Below, piece after piece: positions 39,171 through 48,804 of a stretch of 64,000 bases of DNA. Every line of letters begins with the position of its first letter. Position 1 is the stretch's first letter. The notes below the pieces were generated by a model, which had not been told where the DNA came from, did no database searches, and worked only from the letters and a program-made list of their open reading frames with translations. Origin of the DNA: an uncultured delta proteobacterium (GTDB lineage Bacteria > Myxococcota_A > Polyangia > Fen-1088); assembly GCA_963767925.1 (NCBI GenBank), contig CAVYGB010000008.1:1408001-1472000 (forward strand), given 5' to 3'. Made by a program: the position numbers and the translations under genes.

Positions 39171-39995
39171 TCAGTCGCCGACCGTCTCGCCCCCGGTGAC
39201 CTCCATGAACACCTCCTCGAGCGGCCGCCGCCCCGAGGAGGTGAGCTCGGCCATGCCCCCCTCGGCCAGCACCCGTCCGCGGTGGACGATGGCCAGCCGA
39301 TCGCACATCCGCTCGATCTCCCCCAGGAGGTGGCTCGATACGAACACCGCCAGGCCCCGTTCGTCGGCCAGGCGGCGCAGCAACTCGCGCAGCTCCCGGA
39401 TGCCGGCGGGGTCCAGGCCGTTGGCCGGCTCGTCGAGGACCAGCACGGTGGGATCGCTGAGGAGGGCCTGCACGATCCCCAGGCGCTGCCGCATGCCCAG
39501 CGAATAGGTGGCGACCTTGTCGTTGAGGCGTTCACGCACCCGCAACATGTCGGCCAGGGCATCGATGCGGCTGGACGCCTGCTCGTCGATCATGCGGGCG
39601 AAGTGCTCGAGGTTCTCCCGGCCGGTCAGGTAATCGTAGAAGTCCGGCGACTCCACGATGCAACCGAGGCGGCGCAACGCCGCCTCGCGCTCGCGCAGGA
39701 GGTCGTAGCCTCCGACCACCACCCGCCCGGCGGTCGGGCGAATCAGGCCGACGAGCATGCGGATGGTTGTCGTCTTGCCCGCCCCGTTGGGACCGAGGAA
39801 CCCGAAGACCTCCCCCTTCCTCAAGGTGAAGGAGGCGTCCACCACCGCCTGGCGCGTGCCGTATTGCTTGGCCAGCTGCTCAGCGCGGAGGGCCACCTCC
39901 TCCTCCGCCACCACCGGGGAGGATCGGGCTCCGGCCGGAAGCGCGGTGAGGTGCGACGGCACGGGCGATTCGGACTCGGCGTCACCGGGGGGCAT
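39171..39995 (-). CDS. ABC transporter ATP-binding protein (ABC-2/BcrA-like)
   Basis: GPNGAGKTT, YSLGMRQRLG, LDEPANGLDP and SSH. Confidence 0.93.
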   Translation of the reverse strand: MPPGDAESESPVPSHLTALPAGARSSPVVAEEEVALRAEQLAKQYGTRQAVVDASFTLRKGEVFGFLGPNGAGKTTTIRMLVGLIRPTAGRVVVGGYDLLREREAALRRLGCIVESPDFYDYLTGRENLEHFARMIDEQASSRIDALADMLRVRERLNDKVATYSLGMRQRLGIVQALLSDPTVLVLDEPANGLDPAGIRELRELLRRLADERGLAVFVSSHLLGEIERMCDRLAIVHRGRVLAEGGMAELTSSGRRPLEEVFMEVTGGETVGD

Positions 39996-40044
39996 CGTCC
40001 GGGCAGGCTACCTCACCGGTCCGCGCGGCGCCCGTCCCGGCGAG

Positions 40045-41130
40045 CTACTCGCTCAGCCGGTGGATGCCGTCCAGGACGTGCCAGGTCGCGATGACCGTGA
40101 GGTCGACGAGCTTCTCGGCCCGCCTCGTCTCGGTGACGACGAGGTTCTCGGAGGTGCAGACCGCCTCGAGCTGGCGGAGAAACCGTTTGATGACCCTCCG
40201 GTCGGAGGAGTGGATCCAGCCGCCCAGGCGATCGACGAGCAGCCGCTGGTGCTGCTGGATGAAGCGGGCGGCCGACTGGGCATCACCCCGGTTGCCGTTG
40301 CGCGCGGAGGCGGGGCGCTTGGGGAAGATGTCCAGCAGGTCCTTGCGGTATTCCGCCAGATCGGTGTCGACGACCTCGGCGATCTTGAAGTATTCGGCCA
40401 CCGTCTCCTTGATGTCGGTGTAGGGGATGCGGATGCCCCGCCGCGTGTTGGGGGGCGTTCCCCGGCAGCACCCTTCCACCTCGATCAGGCGATCGACGTA
40501 CTCCAGCTTGGCCTGCGCGACCTGCCAGTCCCGGTAACGCCGCCGCCAGCGGGAGGTCGGGTCGAGCCAGACCGCGAAGGTCTCGGCGAAGTCCTCGTCC
40601 GGATGTTTCTGGGCGTAGTGGTACATGCCCGTGCGGTGGAGGTACCGCACGTAGTCGCGGCTCCAGGGATTCGGGTTGTACACGTTGCGGTAGGGCCGGC
40701 GAAAGTCACCGAAGGTGGCCGTCCAGTCCCGCCGCCGCCACAGCTCGTAGGCGTAGTTGAGCGCGTGGCCGGTCTCGTGCCGGAGGTACATCAGCACCTC
40801 GGCGCGCGTGTATCGAAAGAGGTGATCGTTGACCAGCCGCCACAAAACGCCGTTGGCCAGGTACCAGGGGATGTTCACGCTGATCGCGCGGTCGCTGGTC
40901 CAGAAGTCGTCATCGCCGAGATAGAACTCGGGAAAGAAAGTGATTCCGCGAGCCCGGAGCTCTTCGTGGAGCTGCTCGATGCATTCGCTGAGCACCCCGG
41001 TCGGCTCGAGGTTCAGATCGGAGATGGGGGTCGACAGCATCTTCTGCAGCTCGACCTCTCGAATCACGGCCCGGTCGTGCCCTGTGCGGGCCAAACCTCG
41101 CCGGGTCCGGAGTGCAGGCAGTGCGGCCAT
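40045..41130 (-). CDS. Putative zinc-binding metallopeptidase (Peptidase_Mx-like)
   Basis: LRHETGHA (HExxH), YAQKHPDEDFAETFAVWL and KLEYVD. Confidence 0.85.
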   Translation of the reverse strand: MAALPALRTRRGLARTGHDRAVIREVELQKMLSTPISDLNLEPTGVLSECIEQLHEELRARGITFFPEFYLGDDDFWTSDRAISVNIPWYLANGVLWRLVNDHLFRYTRAEVLMYLRHETGHALNYAYELWRRRDWTATFGDFRRPYRNVYNPNPWSRDYVRYLHRTGMYHYAQKHPDEDFAETFAVWLDPTSRWRRRYRDWQVAQAKLEYVDRLIEVEGCCRGTPPNTRRGIRIPYTDIKETVAEYFKIAEVVDTDLAEYRKDLLDIFPKRPASARNGNRGDAQSAARFIQQHQRLLVDRLGGWIHSSDRRVIKRFLRQLEAVCTSENLVVTETRRAEKLVDLTVIATWHVLDGIHRLSE

Positions 41131-41373
41131 CGTCCGATACGTTTACCATGAGCCCGGGGCCGGTTCCGCTGAACTCGGAGCCGAAATTGAACCCACCGTG
41201 TCCGGGCGTGTCATGAAAATCAATAGGAGTCTCATGTGGTTACACGTCTCATCGACGCCCCGTGGGACCGCCGACGTGGGCCTGCAAGCCAGAACCGTGC
41301 CGACGTCTCGCACCTGGTATGGGAGGGGCCCCGACCCCCTCCGATGAGCCCACATGGACCCTCACGAGTCGAT

Positions 41374-43023
41374 ATGCGTCATCGGTCGTTCGTGACCCCA
41401 GCGCGGGTCGCTTTTGTCGTCGCGTTATGGACGTCGCCGGCGCTGGCTGCGGACGAGTTTTCGGGCGCTGACAAGCTGCGCTCGCTCTACTCCGCCGAGT
41501 TCCGCTTCACCCAGGATGGGCTTCCCGTCGTACCGGTCGCTCTGGCGCAAGGGGTCAAGGAGGTCCGCGTCGAGGGGGAGGGTGGCCTGCGGTTGCTGCC
41601 CGAGGGCGATGGCGGTCCGGAGGTGCGCGCCGACGAAGCGTGGCGGGTGCGCACGGAACGGACCACCGCAGCGCGGCTACGTTTCTGGCCGCTGGTCTGG
41701 CGCGGGCGCCCGCAGCAGGGTGCGGAGGCTTCCGCACAGGTCAGGGCCTGGCAGGCACGGGGGATGGAGGCCCGCAGCTTCGAGCAGGGGACTCTGTTCG
41801 CGGTGGCGGGGGAGGTGCTCGACCGGCGGGAGGTGGTGGTGGGGGTGAGCCCCGCTCTCACCTTCGAGGCCGCCGAGAAGACGCTGGAGAAGCTGCGCGC
41901 ATCCAGCCATCCCGGGAGCCGCCCGAGCGGGATCCACACCGAGCTGCTCGATCGACCGCATGGCCTGCTCGAAGCCATCGGCGAGCGCACGCAGGCACGG
42001 GTCCGCAACGAAGGGGTCCTCTGGTTCGCCCCCGTCTCGGACAAGCCACTGCGGATCGAATGGCGGGGGGCGACCGGCAAGGAGAGCGGCCGGGGCCTCT
42101 ATCACGGTCGCATCTACGTCACCATCGATCGCAAGGGGGGCCTCGCGGTTGTCAACGCCGTCCCCGAGAACCAGCTCTTGCACGGCCTGGTGCCGGCCGA
42201 GATCTTCCCCTCCGCGCCCGACGAGGCCCTCAAGGCGCAGGCGGTGGCCGCCCGGGGGGAGCTGCTCGCGAAGATCGGCACCCGCCACCTCGGTGAGCCC
42301 TTCCGCCTGTGCTCGCAGACCCACTGCCAGGTGTATTCGGGAGCAGCCCGGGAGACGCCCCGGACCACCGCCGCGGTCGAGGCCACCCGGGGAGAGATCC
42401 TGTTCGAGGACGGCGGCAAGGAGCTGGTCGACACCGTGTATTCCGCCAACTGCGGCGGTCACAGCGAGCACAACGAGAACGCCTGGCCCGACATGCCGGC
42501 CCTGCGCCCCCTGCGCGGGCATCGCGATGCCGCCTCCGCCCGCGACCCGTTCGCCGAAGGGGTGAGCGACGATCTGGTGCTGAAGTTCATCGAGGAGCCG
42601 CCGCCCGCCTACTGCGGCAGCGCCGTCCGGGGCGGGAGCAAAGATCGCTTTCGCTGGACGGTGACCCGCTCACCCGGCGAGCTCGATGGCCTGCTGGCTT
42701 CGCACCGCCTGGGCCCCCTGCAGCGGATCGAGGTCCTCGAGCGGGGCATCTCGGGCCGCGCCCGCAGCGTCCGCCTGGTGGGCAAGGCCCGCTCGGAGGT
42801 GGTCCGGGGGGAGCTGCGCATCCGCCAGACCTTCGGTGGCCTGCGCAGCTCGCTGTTCGTGGCTGACGTGAAAGACGGAGCCGCCACCTTCCGGGGCGCC
42901 GGCTTCGGCCACGGCGTGGGCATGTGTCAGACCGGCGCCATCGGCATGTCCGAGGCCGGCAAGGCCTACCGGGACATCCTCCGCCACTACTACCTCGGCA
43001 GCTCCATCCGCAAGCTCTGGTAG
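41374..43023 (+). CDS. SpoIID/LytB domain protein (putative lytic transglycosylase), secreted
   Basis: Signal peptide ending ALA, GLVPAEI, EALKAQAVAAR, CQVYSG, YSANCGGHSE, GAGFGHGVGMCQTGA and ILRHYY. Confidence 0.92.
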   Translation: MRHRSFVTPARVAFVVALWTSPALAADEFSGADKLRSLYSAEFRFTQDGLPVVPVALAQGVKEVRVEGEGGLRLLPEGDGGPEVRADEAWRVRTERTTAARLRFWPLVWRGRPQQGAEASAQVRAWQARGMEARSFEQGTLFAVAGEVLDRREVVVGVSPALTFEAAEKTLEKLRASSHPGSRPSGIHTELLDRPHGLLEAIGERTQARVRNEGVLWFAPVSDKPLRIEWRGATGKESGRGLYHGRIYVTIDRKGGLAVVNAVPENQLLHGLVPAEIFPSAPDEALKAQAVAARGELLAKIGTRHLGEPFRLCSQTHCQVYSGAARETPRTTAAVEATRGEILFEDGGKELVDTVYSANCGGHSEHNENAWPDMPALRPLRGHRDAASARDPFAEGVSDDLVLKFIEEPPPAYCGSAVRGGSKDRFRWTVTRSPGELDGLLASHRLGPLQRIEVLERGISGRARSVRLVGKARSEVVRGELRIRQTFGGLRSSLFVADVKDGAATFRGAGFGHGVGMCQTGAIGMSEAGKAYRDILRHYYLGSSIRKLW

Positions 43024-43053
43024 CCACCGCGTGCGCGACGCTTCGCGGGGGCT

Positions 43054-43080
43054 CGGGACCCTCTCAGGGTCAGGGTCCCG
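43054..43080. terminator. Possible hairpin between the convergent SpoIID and TonB genes
   Basis: CGGGACCCT-N9-AGGGTCCCG perfect 9-bp stem with no U-tract. Confidence 0.35.
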
Positions 43081-43114
43081 GATAGAATGTCTGCGGAGCC
43101 GCCGAGCTTGCTCG

Positions 43115-45130
43115 TCAGTGCCGGACGAGGCCCGTGGCGCGCCAGCCACCGGTGTGCTGGCGAAGGATGAGCACGAAGGTGTCGCCGCCGACGTGACCGA
43201 CGGCGAACAGCAGGCCGGCGCTGTCCTCGAACCCGGTCGGGATGCCGCCGAGGATGCGGCGGGCGCCCGCGGCCGTGTAGATCTGCAGCGCGCGCGCCGC
43301 CCGCTTGGGCGGCGCCTCGGCCACCAGCTCGCGGAAGATCTTGCCGATCTCACCGGCGCTGCGCGCGGCGACCCCCTGGTTCGAGCGGAAGGGCAAACCC
43401 GCCTGCCGCACCATCCGGCTCACGTCCCCCTTGGCATAAGCGTCGAACCATTGCTCGGCCACGCCGCGGGCCGCCGGATCGTCCGAACGCACCACCTGCT
43501 GGACCGCCCGGCGCGAGGCCTCGTGATCGGACTCGGCGTGACCGTGCCCGTCGCCCACCTCGAGCGGCGGCCCTGCCAGGCGCCGCCCGGAACCGCCCAG
43601 GCCGCGCTCGAGCCGGCGCAGACCGCGGTCCTCACTCTTGGATGGCGTTCCGCCTCCGGCCGGGCGACCGGCGGGCGCTCCGGCGGGGTTGGGCACGCCC
43701 GGCGCGACCGCCGACTCCGACTCACCGACGTCGCCGCCCGCGGGCGGGTTGTCAAGGATGTAGTAGTCGACCCCCGAGGTGGCACACTGGCGCTCGTCGC
43801 GGTGGAAGGTCCAGTGGACGTAGATCTTGCCGTTGCGCGAGCGGATGGCCCGGGGCGGATCGGCGTAGGGACCGGCGCTGTACACGACGTCGATGGCCGC
43901 CACGTCGTAGGGCAGGTACCCGGAGGGACGGATCACCGTGACCTTGTCGACCGTACCGTCGCCGTTGAGGACGATCTCCAGCTTGCTGACCAGGCTCCGG
44001 TCGTTGTAGGGGCTGGCGGCCGACTTGGCCTCCAGCTCCTCGAGGAACCCGAAGCCCCAGAGCTCGTGGATGCTCCGGTGCATGCGGGCGATGAAGGCCG
44101 CGAAGGGGGCGGCCCGCGTGTTGAGCGCGGTCTGGTTGCCGGGTCGCACCTCGGGAATGAAGTTCTCCAGCGCCGACTGCACGCGCGCCATCCGACTCTG
44201 GAAGCGGCCTTGCTTCTTCGACTTCTCCTTCTGGGCGAAGCGCTCGGCGGCCTCCGCGTCGTCGCCGAAGACGTATTCGTATTGCTTCGACGACAGGCGC
44301 AGGCTCGGGCGGGCCGACTGACCGCCCCGACCTGGCACGTCTTTCATGCTCTGCAGATCCTCCTCCGGCAGAGGCATCACCCCGTTGGGATCGCGGGGCA
44401 AGGCAGGGTCGACCGTCTCGGGGCTGATCTGATGGCGGCGCTCGGGGGTCTCGCGCATGGAGAGGAGCGACTTCCGGTTGTCCGGCGATCGAGGGAGGCT
44501 CTCCTGCTGGTGGGGGGTCACGTCGGGCGCCCGCCGGCCCAGCTTGGACTTGCGGTCCTCCAGCCGGGCCACCTTGTCCTCCGGATCGCCTTCGTCGGGA
44601 TCGGTCCGCTCCGAGGGGGTCGAGGCGCTCTCCTCGCCCTTCTGCTCGCGCTCTAGGTTGGTCCGCTCGGCCCGGGTCTCCTGCTCCACCCGGTTGTTCT
44701 TCTCGGCGAGGAACTTGGCGTCCGGGGCCGGCTCTTCTTCCTTGTCGATCTCGATGTCGACGCTCTTCTCGTGCAGCTTCTCCTGCTTGGGCGCCGGCGG
44801 GGTAGGGGGGGGTGGTTGCTCGGGGGGCGTCTCGGGCTGCTTTTCGGGAGGCGGCTCGGGCTCGGGGCGCAGGGCCAGCGCCTCCTCCTTCTTCTTCTCT
44901 TCCGGCACGGTAGGCGCCTCGAGGGGTGGCAGGTCCGGCGGCAGGTCGGCCGGGTTGACCTCCTCGAAGGTGAGCTCCACTTGCTGCTCCCGCAGAGCCT
45001 CCTCCCGGCCTCCCAGGACGAAGGCCAGCGTCACCAGGGGGAACAGCAGGCCGACGTGTATGAACAGGGAGGTGAGCGCGCCGCGTCCGAGGTGGCGCGG
45101 GAGGCGCTCCGAACTGCCATCGCTGCTCAC
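43115..45130 (-). CDS. TonB family energy transducer with an extra C-terminal domain
   Basis: N-terminal TM with SLFIH (SxxxH), Pro/Glu-rich linker, and TonB-C LEIVLNGDGTVDKVTVIRPSGYLPYDVAAIDVV..AGPY, followed by ~200 further residues. Confidence 0.85.
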   Translation of the reverse strand: MSSDGSSERLPRHLGRGALTSLFIHVGLLFPLVTLAFVLGGREEALREQQVELTFEEVNPADLPPDLPPLEAPTVPEEKKKEEALALRPEPEPPPEKQPETPPEQPPPPTPPAPKQEKLHEKSVDIEIDKEEEPAPDAKFLAEKNNRVEQETRAERTNLEREQKGEESASTPSERTDPDEGDPEDKVARLEDRKSKLGRRAPDVTPHQQESLPRSPDNRKSLLSMRETPERRHQISPETVDPALPRDPNGVMPLPEEDLQSMKDVPGRGGQSARPSLRLSSKQYEYVFGDDAEAAERFAQKEKSKKQGRFQSRMARVQSALENFIPEVRPGNQTALNTRAAPFAAFIARMHRSIHELWGFGFLEELEAKSAASPYNDRSLVSKLEIVLNGDGTVDKVTVIRPSGYLPYDVAAIDVVYSAGPYADPPRAIRSRNGKIYVHWTFHRDERQCATSGVDYYILDNPPAGGDVGESESAVAPGVPNPAGAPAGRPAGGGTPSKSEDRGLRRLERGLGGSGRRLAGPPLEVGDGHGHAESDHEASRRAVQQVVRSDDPAARGVAEQWFDAYAKGDVSRMVRQAGLPFRSNQGVAARSAGEIGKIFRELVAEAPPKRAARALQIYTAAGARRILGGIPTGFEDSAGLLFAVGHVGGDTFVLILRQHTGGWRATGLVRH

Positions 45131-45292
45131 AGCGCTAGCCTACCCCGAACGCCGCTTCAGCGCAGGAGAAGCGGTCCGCGCGAGGGCCCCGCGCCGCGGT
45201 GTTTTGGCGCAAGGTGCTTCCCGGGGTCGGCCCTCGCCCTCGGCCCTCGCCCTCCTCCTCACCTCGGCCGGCGACCCGGCCCGGGAGGGTGC

Positions 45293-45943
45293 TCAACCCA
45301 TCTTGCGGTAGACGCCGATGACGATGCCGAGCAGGTTGACGCTCTTCCAGTCCTTCTTGCGCACGACGATGGGGCGCAGGCTCTGGTTGGCGGGCTCGAA
45401 CCGGATGTTGTCCCCGTCCGGGAAATAACGTTTCACCGTGGCTTCGTCCTCGATCATGGCGACCACGATGTCCCCGGCGTTGGCCTGGAGCTGCTTGCGA
45501 ACGAAGACGAAGTCCCCGTCGAGGATCCCGGCCTCGATCATCGAATCGCCCTTCACCCGCAGGGCGAAGACCTCCCGGTTCTGCCCGACGAAGAACCGAT
45601 CGACCCGGACTGTGTCCTCGTAGTTGCGGACCGCCAGCAAGGGCTGCCCGGCCGCCACCCGGCCGAGGATGGGAATCTCAACCGTCTGTCCCACGGTGTC
45701 GACCGGGCGCAGGGCCCGGGACTTCATGTCCTCGCGCTGCAGGTAGCCCTTCTTCTCGAGGGCGCGCAGGTGATCGTTCACCCCGTTGGTGGACTTGATG
45801 CCGAAGTTGCGGCCGATCTCTCGCAAGGTGGGCGGGTAGCCGCGCTCGCCGATCGATCGGTTGATGAAGGCGAGGATCTCCTTCTGTCGATCGGTGAGCT
45901 GGTCGCGTACGTCTTCGTCGCGAACCAGGGTGAGCTTGCGCAT
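45293..45943 (-). CDS. lexA: SOS repressor LexA
   Basis: LTDRQKEIL...[10 protein letters not shown]...[10 protein letters not shown], Ala-Gly cleavage site RVAAGQP, catalytic Ser (GDSM) and Lys (TVKR). ATG at 45943 with a GGGAG RBS. Confidence 0.97.
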   Translation of the reverse strand: MRKLTLVRDEDVRDQLTDRQKEILAFINRSIGERGYPPTLREIGRNFGIKSTNGVNDHLRALEKKGYLQREDMKSRALRPVDTVGQTVEIPILGRVAAGQPLLAVRNYEDTVRVDRFFVGQNREVFALRVKGDSMIEAGILDGDFVFVRKQLQANAGDIVVAMIEDEATVKRYFPDGDNIRFEPANQSLRPIVVRKKDWKSVNLLGIVIGVYRKMG

Positions 45944-45965
45944 GCGGTCTCCCGGCTGGGGTTTA

Positions 45966-46005
45966 CTGAACAAAGGTATGGTACGGAACAGATGTCTGGT
46001 GTCAA
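45966..46005 (-). promoter_or_regulatory. lexA sigma70 promoter overlapped by two tandem LexA boxes
   Basis: Minus strand TTGACA-16bp-TACCAT. Direct repeats CCAGACATCTGTTCCG and CCATACCTTTGTTCAG resemble the Myxococcus box CTRHAMRYBYGTTCAGS. Confidence 0.75.
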
Positions 46006-46042
46006 GCTTTCGCAGTGCGCCCCCAGACGGACCTGGCTGCCC

Positions 46043-46166
46043 TGACAAATTGGCAGTGATCGCCCCCTTTGCCTTGCTTCAGTGTCAAGATGGCAGGGTC
46101 GATGTCAGGAAGGCCGCCGCGAAACTCAGGAAGAACGCGTCGTGACCGCTTGGCATCGGTATTGAT
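46043..46166 (+). promoter_or_regulatory. Putative enhancer sites and variant sigma54 promoter of the NtrC-family gene
   Basis: TGACAAATTGGCA (46043-46055), TGTCAAGATGGCA (46083-46095) and TGGCAT-CGGTA-TTGAT (46151-46166). Confidence 0.55.
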
Positions 46167-46184
46167 GACCTGGAAGGAACGGTC

Positions 46185-47711
46185 ATGACGGACGCCACGA
46201 CGACACGGACGCCGCCGCCGGCCTGGCCCGATCGGGCGCCGACGGTGCTGGTGGTGGATGACGAGCCTGGCATCGTCGAGTCTCTGCAGCGGGTGTTCGA
46301 GCGGGAGGGGCTGCGGGCGCTCACCGCCGGCGGCGGGGGCGCGGCCCTCGACATCCTCCGGCGCGAGCCGGTCTCGGTGCTGCTCACCGATCTATTGATG
46401 CCGGGCATGTCGGGCATGGACCTCCTCAAGGCCAGCCGGAGCGTCTCGCCCGAGACCGAGACCATCCTCATGACCGCCTACGGCACCGTCGAAAACGCCG
46501 TCGAGGCGATGAAACAGGGCGCCTACGACTTCGTCACCAAGCCGATCAAGCGGGCCCACGTGGTCCGGGCGGTCCTCAAGGCGCTCGAGAAGCGCACGCT
46601 GGTCCAGGAGAACCGCTCGCTGCGCGAGCAGCTCGCGGCCCAGCAGAAGAAGCGCCTCATCGGACAGTCGCTCACCTGGCGCCGCACCATGGAGACGGTG
46701 ATGCAGGCCGCCCCCTCGGTCGCCACCGTGCTCCTCCTCGGCGAGTCGGGCACCGGCAAGGAGCTGCTGGCCCGGGCCATCCACGAGGCCTCTCCCCGGG
46801 CCGCCGGGCCCTTCATCCCGGTCAACTGCGCGGCGCTGCCCGAGAGCATCCTCGAGGCCGAGCTGTTCGGCTACGAGCGGGGGGCCTTTACCGGCGCGGT
46901 CCAGCGGCACGACGGTCGCTTCCTCCAGGCCAACCAGGGGACCCTGTTCCTCGACGAGATCGGGGAGATCCCGACCCACGTCCAGGTGAAGCTGCTGCGG
47001 GTCCTGCAGGAAGGGGAGGTCGAACGGCTGGGCGGGCGCACCCAGAAGGTCGACCTCCGGCTCGTGGCGGCCACCAACCAGGACCTCCGGACGGCGGTCA
47101 AAGAAGGCCGCTTCCGGGAGGACCTCTATTACCGTCTCAACGTCATCGCGCTGCGCCTGCCGCCCCTGCGGGAGCGGCGCGACGACGTTCCTCTGCTGGC
47201 AGAGCACTTCCTGCGCCAGTATGGCGAGCGCAACGGGCGCCACTTCTCCGGCCTCTCCCGGGCCGCCCTCGACGCCCTCGTCCGCTACGACTGGCCGGGC
47301 AACGTGCGCGAGCTAGAGAACACGGTGGAGCGGGCGGTGGTCCTGGCCCGCGGCGACGTCATCGACGTCGACGATCTGCCGGTCGAGGTGCGCTCGGGGT
47401 CCGCCGCGGGCAGCGACGGAAAGAGCCTCACCATCGCCATCGGCACCCCCCTGTCCGAGATCGAGCGGCGGGTCATCCACGCCACCTTGACCCACGCGGG
47501 CGGGGACAAGCGGCTCTGCGCCCAGTTGCTCGGGATCGCCACCCGGACCATCTATCGACGGCTCGAAGAAGAACGTGGTGGCGAACGGGGCGACGAACGT
47601 GGCGGCGAACGCAGCGACGAGCGGAGCGAGCGGGACGTCGATAGGGACGGCGCGGCCGGTCCGGCCGACGGCGGCGACGTCGATCCCCCCAGCCCGGAAG
47701 CCACGAGCTGA
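46185..47711 (+). CDS. sigma54-dependent response regulator (NtrC family: REC-AAA+-Fis HTH)
   Basis: [57 protein letters not shown] and [10 protein letters not shown]. Confidence 0.97.
   Translation: MTDATTTRTPPPAWPDRAPTVLVVDDEPGIVESLQRVFEREGLRALTAGGGGAALDILRREPVSVLLTDLLMPGMSGMDLLKASRSVSPETETILMTAYGTVENAVEAMKQGAYDFVTKPIKRAHVVRAVLKALEKRTLVQENRSLREQLAAQQKKRLIGQSLTWRRTMETVMQAAPSVATVLLLGESGTGKELLARAIHEASPRAAGPFIPVNCAALPESILEAELFGYERGAFTGAVQRHDGRFLQANQGTLFLDEIGEIPTHVQVKLLRVLQEGEVERLGGRTQKVDLRLVAATNQDLRTAVKEGRFREDLYYRLNVIALRLPPLRERRDDVPLLAEHFLRQYGERNGRHFSGLSRAALDALVRYDWPGNVRELENTVERAVVLARGDVIDVDDLPVEVRSGSAAGSDGKSLTIAIGTPLSEIERRVIHATLTHAGGDKRLCAQLLGIATRTIYRRLEEERGGERGDERGGERSDERSERDVDRDGAAGPADGGDVDPPSPEATS
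47571..47633 (+). repeat. Degenerate 12-bp tandem repeat encoding [12 protein letters not shown]
   Basis: gaacgtggtggc gaacggggcgac gaacgtggcggc gaacgcagcgac gagcggagc at the 3' end of the activator gene. Confidence 0.6.
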
Positions 47712-47750
47712 GGGCGGCCCCCCCCTGTGGGGCAGGGGCGCGTCAGCCGG

Positions 47751-47842
47751 TGCCAAATTGGCAAGCGACGAGCCGGGGCCCTGTTCGCAAGTAGCTGGAA
47801 CCTTGGGATAAATTGCTCCGGGCCCCTGGCCCCAGGGTTGCT
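47751..47842 (+). promoter_or_regulatory. Palindromic enhancer and sigma54 promoter of the gsp operon
   Basis: Perfect palindrome TGCCAA-A-TTGGCA (47751-47763) and TGGCCC-CAGGG-TTGCT (47827-47842) with GG-N10-GC spacing. Confidence 0.7.
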
Positions 47843-47859
47843 CTAGATTGAGGTCGGCC

Positions 47860-48804
47860 GTGGACGCTCTACTACGCAAACACATCTGGATCATCGACCT
47901 GGTTGCGGTCGGGCTGTGCGCCGTCTTTCTGGGACGCGCGGCCGCAAGCGGGTTCGAATACAAGCTCCTGACGGCCGTACCGACCCCCCCGGCGACGCCG
48001 AGGGTGTCCCGGACGCCGGGCGAAACCATTTTTCCCAAGCAGATCGACGCGGTCATCAAGCGGAACATCTTCTGCTCGACCTGCCCGCCGATCGTCGAGG
48101 CGAAGGAAGAAGTGAGCTCGAGCGAAGGCACCACCTATCAGCCGCAGAAGACCTCGCTGCCCCTGCAGCTCCTGGCGGTCAACTTCGCTCCCCCGCCCTG
48201 GGGGTTCCAGCACTCCAGCGTGGTCCTGCGTGACACCGAGACCCGGGAGACCGGCGCGTTCCGGGCCGGCGAGAAGGTCAAGGGCGCCACCATCACTGGC
48301 ATCGACGAGGCCCGCCTGCACCTCGACAACGCCGGCAAGCCCGAGTTTCTCGACCTGCTCGATACCGAGAGCGCGACCCCCACGCCCACCCCGACGCCGG
48401 TGGTGCCGGTGGCCAGCGCGACCCCCACCCCGGGCGGAGACGCGCTGTCGCAGGAGCTGGACCGGGGCATCAAGAAGACCGGTGAGCACACCTACGATAT
48501 CCAGCGCGCTACCCTCGAGTCGGTGCTCGGCAACATGAGCCTGCTCTCCCGCTCGGCCCGCATCGTGCCCGAGATCCGGGACGGCAAGGCGGCGGGCTTC
48601 CGGCTGTACAGCGTCCGACCTGACGGACCCTTCGCCAAGATCGGCATGCAGAACGGAGACGTGATCTCGTCGATCAACGGCCTCGAGATCACCAGCCCGG
48701 AGAAGGCGCTCGAGGTGTACGCCAAGCTCAAATCGGCGAGCCACCTCTCGCTGGGGCTCGAGAGAAACGGTCAGCGCACTACCAAGGACTACACGATCCG
48801 ATGA
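47860..48804 (+). CDS. gspC: Type II secretion protein C (TM, HR domain, PDZ)
   Basis: N-terminal TM, RNIF, and PDZ ARIVP...GFRLYSVRPDGPFAKIGMQNGDVISSING; first gene of the operon. The GTG start at 47860 is inferred. Confidence 0.93.
   Translation: MDALLRKHIWIIDLVAVGLCAVFLGRAAASGFEYKLLTAVPTPPATPRVSRTPGETIFPKQIDAVIKRNIFCSTCPPIVEAKEEVSSSEGTTYQPQKTSLPLQLLAVNFAPPPWGFQHSSVVLRDTETRETGAFRAGEKVKGATITGIDEARLHLDNAGKPEFLDLLDTESATPTPTPTPVVPVASATPTPGGDALSQELDRGIKKTGEHTYDIQRATLESVLGNMSLLSRSARIVPEIRDGKAAGFRLYSVRPDGPFAKIGMQNGDVISSINGLEITSPEKALEVYAKLKSASHLSLGLERNGQRTTKDYTIR

Noticed and set aside
41315..41329. GG-N10-GC upstream of SpoIID as a sigma54 promoter
   Set aside because: It lacks the TT before GC and is a weak match in GC-rich DNA.
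45227..45252. Short direct repeat tcggccctcgccc x2 between lexA and tonB
   Set aside because: Low-complexity, two copies only and no spacers; not CRISPR or a recognisable element.
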